Origin: Eledone cirrhosa
Taxonomy: Eukaryota
Direction: 5' to 3'
DNA: 64,000 bases
NCBI GenBank assembly: GCA_964016885.1
Contig: OZ024742.1
Coordinates: 362,948,001 to 363,012,000 of the forward strand
Shown here: piece after piece, positions 57,490 to 64,000 of the stretch
Layout of the letters: every line of letters starts with the position of its first letter
How positions within the stretch are numbered: position 1 is the stretch's first letter
The notes under the pieces: generated by a model
The model's database searches: none
Told to the model about the DNA's origin: nothing
What the model saw: the letters and a program-made list of their open reading frames with translations, nothing else
Translations under genes and position numbers: made by a program

Positions 57490-58674
57490 AAAATACTCAA
57501 TTGGACGATAGACGAAATCCGAGCAGTTGATGTTGGAACTCGAAAAATACTGAACAACACCAGATACTTCCACATAAACAGTGACATAGACCGCCTTTAC
57601 TTGAAACGTAGGCAAGGAGGCAGAGGCCTAACATCAGTCCAGACAACATTTGAATGTCGCATCATATCTCTCCGACAACATCTACGAACCTCGAAGCGTA
57701 GGAGCCCGCTTCTCGAGCAAGTCTATCTGCATGAAACAGATAAGATCATGAGAGTTGGGAAGGAACGCCTTGAGAGATATTCCCTGTGTGATAATCAAAA
57801 ACTCACACCCAGGGATGTCGCTCAGCAGTATCGCAGTGAATCCATGGATGAAAAACTGCATGCCTATCAGCAGAAAATCATGCATGGATATGTTGCCAGG
57901 AAGCTCCAGAGTGAGAGTAATATAGATAAGGAAAGTAGTCTATCTTGGACCAACAACCGCTATATTGGCTCCCACTTTGAAGGATACGCTTTTGCAATCC
58001 AAGAACAGGAGATTAGCACGAAATACCTGATTCACAAAAGAGATAGGGATGCAGGCAAAACACCTAGATGTGATAACAAGTGCAGACTCTGCAGAACTAA
58101 CATCGAGGATATCACCCATGTCATCAGCAGTTGCCCAAAGATGTCATCGCGGTACTATCTACCTATGAGGCATGATGTAGTGGTCAAAACACTGTACAAT
58201 GCAGTTCGTAAAAAAGATAGCCCCGATGATAAACACATTAAAAGCTACAACAATGTGGAAGACATCCATGTACATAATATGAAAGAGTACTGGTGGAATG
58301 TTCCAGTAAAAACCCCAATAAAATGCAGGCATAACAGACCAGATATTATGATATGGGACAGGGAGAAGAAAGCATGTACAGTAGTGGAAATTAGATGCCC
58401 AGCAGATGCCAATATAATATCAAAGATTAATGAAAAGGAGAATATTTATGCAGAACTGATGAGAAATCTGCAGATACTCCACCCTGATTACACCTTCAGA
58501 TTTATGCCTGTGATTATTGGGGCACGGGGATATGTTAGTAACTGCCTCAATACAAATCTTGAGAAGCTAGGCTTCACAGGAACAGAAAGAACACAACTAG
58601 TTAGGAAATTACAAGTACAATCCATTAATGGAACAGTAAAAATATGTAAAACATTCCAAACATTTTGCATCTAA
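57490..58674 (+). CDS. 5'-truncated R4/Dong-like non-LTR retrotransposon ORF: RT thumb, CCHC knuckle, restriction-like endonuclease
   Basis: Frame is open from 57490: LNWTIDEIRAVDVGTRKIL...FHINSDIDRLYLKRRQGGRGL; CRLC-x8-H-x4-C; RHD; RPDI...VVEI...KENIY. Confidence 0.9.
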   Translation, partial: KILNWTIDEIRAVDVGTRKILNNTRYFHINSDIDRLYLKRRQGGRGLTSVQTTFECRIISLRQHLRTSKRRSPLLEQVYLHETDKIMRVGKERLERYSLCDNQKLTPRDVAQQYRSESMDEKLHAYQQKIMHGYVARKLQSESNIDKESSLSWTNNRYIGSHFEGYAFAIQEQEISTKYLIHKRDRDAGKTPRCDNKCRLCRTNIEDITHVISSCPKMSSRYYLPMRHDVVVKTLYNAVRKKDSPDDKHIKSYNNVEDIHVHNMKEYWWNVPVKTPIKCRHNRPDIMIWDREKKACTVVEIRCPADANIISKINEKENIYAELMRNLQILHPDYTFRFMPVIIGARGYVSNCLNTNLEKLGFTGTERTQLVRKLQVQSINGTVKICKTFQTFCI

Positions 58675-58910
58675 TAACTGCATATACACATGTACAGATA
58701 CAAAGCATATACACATGCACACATACAACTCAAAACATACACATCCACACATACAATAACATCCATATCTACACATGCATGCATGCAGACATACATAGAT
58801 ATCTACCTAGTTGATGTTGTGTAAATTCCAATGGGAGAGTCTTGTGTCTATGTTAGAAACCGACTCTCTCTCTATTGGTAAAACTTTGTGAAATTATAAA
58901 ACCAGAAGAA
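58675..58910 (+). mobile_element. 3' UTR of the RLE retrotransposon with a stem-loop, ending in (TACA)/(TA)n
   Basis: CCAATGGGAGAGTC...GACTCTCTCTCTATTGG hairpin at about 58828-58878, then microsatellite. Confidence 0.6.
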
Positions 58911-59079
58911 CATACATATATATACACATACATACATACATATATATATATACATACATATATATATATATATACATACATATATATCTACATACATACA
59001 TACATATAGATATACATACATACATATATATATATATACATATATACATATATATATATATAAATACATATATATGTAT

Positions 59080-59640
59080 ATAAAATATTAAACAAATAAT
59101 GAATAAACAATGAAACAGTTCCTTATATTAAACAAAAAAAGTTCATTATTTAACGATCGTTTCTAGGATATATATGTGTTAGAATTGGCATGCATATTCA
59201 ACAGATCTATGTACAAAATTATACAAAATTATACAAACTATCAAGATTAAATATACATACCAAACACACACATATGCCGTCTTCAGAAATAATTATTTCT
59301 GAAGACGGCATATGTGTGTGTTTGGTATGTATATTTAATCTTGATAGTTTGTATAATTTTGTATAATTTTGTACATAGATCTGTTGAATATGCATGCCAA
59401 TTCTAACACATATATATCCTAGAAACGATCGTTAAATAATGAACTTTTTTTGTTTAATATAAGGAACTGTTTCATTGTTTATTCATTATTTGTTTAATAT
59501 TTTATCTTGACTCTGTATTCCGTTTATCTTTCACCGAAAGTGATTTTTCATTACATCTCTTCTTTCCATGATATCCGGAATACATTGAGTTCTTCATACG
59601 GATTGGACACTACCGTAAACTCTTGGTAGATTTATCTACA
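59080..59640 (+). mobile_element. Family B mini-element copy 2: spacerless 426-bp palindrome 59080-59505 plus 135-nt tail
   Basis: Centre between 59292 and 59293 (AGAAATAA|TTATTTCT); no arm mismatches found by eye; microsatellite flanks. Confidence 0.9.
59292..59440 (+). ncRNA. Type I hammerhead with ~115-nt helix II; mirror copy 59145-59293 on the minus strand
   Basis: ATTATTT-CTGAAGA...TTGGTATGTATATT/AATATGCATGCCAA...GAAA-CGATCG-TT-AAATAAT; perfect 7-bp helix I; palindromic helix III. Confidence 0.75.
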
Positions 59641-60759
<1,119 letters not shown>

Positions 60760-61014
60760 ATTAGAAATGAGAAATTATAAGCTTTCACCGTATTTTAGAC
60801 TAAAGAAAGTTCTAGCCTGATAGTGAGGTTTATAACCAAGGGAGAAATGGAAAAATATGAGTGATGCCGTTTCTCCGAGGGTTATAAACCCCACTATCAG
60901 GCTAGAAATTTCTTTAGTCTAAAATACGGTGAAAGCTTATAATTTCTAATTTCTAATTTTCAAATTCGCGCACCGTTTCAAAAACATACTTACATGTTTA
61001 CATTTATAATTTGC

Positions 61015-61019
<5 letters not shown>
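60760..61019 (+). mobile_element. Family F mini-element: palindrome 60760-60957 plus ~60-nt tail
   Basis: AGAAATTATAAGCTTTCACCGTATTTTAGACTAAAGAAA mirrored by TTTCTTTAGTCTAAAATACGGTGAAAGCTTATAATTTCT; (TA)n flanks. Confidence 0.82.
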
Positions 61020-61097
<78 letters not shown>

Positions 61098-61116
61098 TAT
61101 ATATATATATATATAA

Positions 61117-61153
<37 letters not shown>

Positions 61154-61172
61154 TATATATATATATATATAA

Positions 61173-61225
<53 letters not shown>

Positions 61226-61244
61226 TATATATATATATATATAA

Positions 61245-61300
<56 letters not shown>

Positions 61301-61301
<1 letters not shown>

Positions 61302-63928
61302 TAGGGCTCTATAGGCCACCCCAAACGCCTGTACCATGCTTCAAGGGATGCCTCAACAGCATAAAGTGTTTCATCCAAGAGTGTCACCCTGACAACATCT
61401 TAATGATGGGGGACTTCAACCTCCCCGGAGTTGACTGGTCCACAAACAGCCTGCCACCAGGTTCTTCTGCCTCAACCTCTGACAGGGAAGCTGTGGAATC
61501 GCTTCTTGACTTCATGGATGATTTCTTCCTATCCCAACTGGTGCTCGAACCAACGAGGTGCCACAAAAACGCCCATGACTTAATTTTCAGCAATCACACT
61601 GACAATATCCACAATATTGCAGTGGAGAAAACTCTACTCTCTGATCATGACATGGTTCTCTGTGATCTGAGATTCCACCGTCCAATATACAAACCCAATG
61701 TCATCTCTCCTGTCCATCCGTTTGACGCTATGGATTTCCACAATGCAAACTGGGAAGCGATCAGTCATGATCTTGCACATGTCGACTGGTCCTTCACGCA
61801 CACTCATACACCCACTAACATCAAAAAGTCCTGGCAGACATTTGTGGACACTGTTACAAACATATGTGCTAAACACACCCCATTAAGAACTATAAACAAA
61901 TCTAAGAGCAGAATCCCTAGAAATAGAAAAACGCTCATCAGAAAAATTAAGAGAACGAACAAAAAAATCAACAAGCTGAAATACTGTCAGCAGCAACACA
62001 TCAACTTGACTGCCATTTCATCACTAGAGATTAAAAAACATAACCTCCAAAACAACATAATGTCCCTCATCAACAATCAGAGAAGAGCTGAAGAGGCCTG
62101 GGCCATTGAGAAGATCAAACTCAATCCCAAAGTGTTCTTTTCATTTGCAAAAAAACACAAAATCACTGGCTCTACTGTTGGCCCTCTAATTGATGAAAAT
62201 GGCACTCTTCAAGACAATGCTAAAACCATGGGTGAGATACTGCAGAAACAATACTGCTCTGTTTTCAGCAATCCCGATATGGCCGATCTGGGCTGTATCG
62301 GCGATGTTACTCCCCATTACACCTTATCGGACATAACGTTTGGCGCCCCTGATGTCTTGGCAGCAATAAAGGAAATCAAGCATGTTTCAGCAGTAGGTCC
62401 CGATAGGTTCCCTGCTTGTGTCTTGAAGGCGTGTCAACACCAACTTGCATCTCCTCTTGCCAATCTGTGGCGGAACTCACTGGATGCTGGTTATGTGCCA
62501 GAAAACCTTCTATCCCAGTCTGTTGTCCCAGTTTTCAAAAAGGGAAACAAATCCCTTGCCGTGAATTACCGTCCAATCTCACTCACCTCTCATATCATTA
62601 AGGTATTTGAGCGAGTGGTGAGATCGCGAATGACCCACTTCCTTGAGAGTAACAATATGCTGAACTCCAACCAGCATGGATTCCGTAATGGAAGGGATTG
62701 CCTGACGCAGCTACTGCATCACTTTGATGACATTTTGAGAGCCTTGGGAGAGGGTTCCAACACTGATGTTATCTACCTTGATTTCAGCAAGGCCTTTGAC
62801 AGGGTTGATCATAACATTCTACTGAGAAAGCTGTCCAATATTGGTGTCACTGGAAAGCTGCTGCAGTGGATCAAGAGCTTCCTGTCAAACAGAACCCAAC
62901 ATGTTGTAGTTGAGGGAGTCAAATCAAGCCCAGCCAAAGTCAGTAGTGGAGTCCCACAAGGCACTGTGTTGGGCCCACTTCTCTTCATCATCTATATTAA
63001 TGACATCACTGACATCATCAAACACAGCAACATAAAAATTTTCGCTGATGATTCCAAGCTCCAAAAGGTCATCAATGGCGTGGATGACCGGATAAGCCTT
63101 CAGTCAGACCTACTGGCTGTTACCCAATGGGCAGAAAAGAACAACATGTTACTGAACGAAGACAAATTCGAACTGATCCACTTTGGAAAAGAGGATGCTC
63201 TGAAACTCCCGTACTCCCTTCCCTCCGGGGAAACTCTCGTGGCATCTAACAACATCAGAGACTTGGGAGTAACCGTGGACAGCAACATAAGCTGGACCAC
63301 GCATATAAGCAGCAAAGTTGACATGGCCCGCAGAATGTGTTCCTGGATCCTCAGAACCTTCCAGTCGAGAGATTCCCGCACCATTATCCTTCTCTTCTCT
63401 ACTTTTGCCCGACCACACCTTGAATACTGTTGTCCACTGTGGTCTCCCCACACGAAACAAAGTATCATGAAACTTGAAGCTCCTCAAAGGGCAATCACGA
63501 AAAAGATAGATGGCATGTCAGACCTTGACTACTGGGGTCGATTAGAAAACCTGAAACTTTACTCACTCCAACGTCGCCGTGAGCGTTATATTATCTGCAT
63601 GATGTGGAAAATGTTCCATCATCACTGCCCAAATGATGTTGGCATCGCCTTCAAGATACACCCAAGGCTTGGGCCCCGTGCTATCCGTCCCATTCAAAAA
63701 TCTAAATCGCAACTCATAACAACAATACGGCACAATTATTTCACCTCAATCGGCCCTGCTCTCTTCAACATCACACCAGGACACGTCAAAACAGAAACTG
63801 ACCACACAAAATTCAAGAAGTCTTTGGACAAATTCCTCCAAGTAATCCCGGACAAACCACCCACACCCGGATATGTCTCCGCAAACAGTAATTCTCTTCT
63901 CGAATGGGCCATGGTGCCCAAATCCTGA
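61301..63928 (+). CDS. 5'-truncated LINE ORF2 (partial APE endonuclease plus RT), CR1/L2 group
   Basis: Frame open from 61301: LYRPP...MGDFNLP...DLIF...SDH (APE); [52 protein letters not shown] (RT); no stops. Confidence 0.95.
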
Positions 63929-64000
63929 ATTGAAAGACTTCGCCAGGTGGTGCTATTAAGTTAGACATGGCCTGGGCCAATACTGGCCAAAACATTTCAA

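Noticed and set aside
61634-63995. Short antisense and alternate-frame ORFs inside the LINE
   Set aside because: Shadows of the RT ORF with no motifs of their own.

Overview
Eukaryotic, repeat-dominated DNA with no recognisable host gene. The SINE types and very long (TA)n tracts suggest an octopod cephalopod (inference). Bases 1-28598 are a 49-bp satellite (~580 monomers) with multi-kb higher-order duplications. The rest is microsatellite-rich and holds tRNA-derived SINEs, a Penelope-like GIY-YIG remnant, an RTE-like remnant, a 5'-truncated R4/Dong-like RLE retrotransposon and a 5'-truncated CR1/L2-group LINE with an open RT frame. The main signal is at least seven unrelated families of 140-680 bp elements sitting inside (TA)n tracts. 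All share one layout: inverted arm, sense arm, 55-140 nt unpaired tail, then (TA)n. Most carry hammerhead-ribozyme motifs; I read about a dozen intact, degenerate or half motifs by eye, many with palindromic helix III and some with very long helix II. This looks like a (TA)n-targeting, ribozyme-bearing Penelope-like/retrozyme-like system. All structures were read manually; no folding or database search was run.
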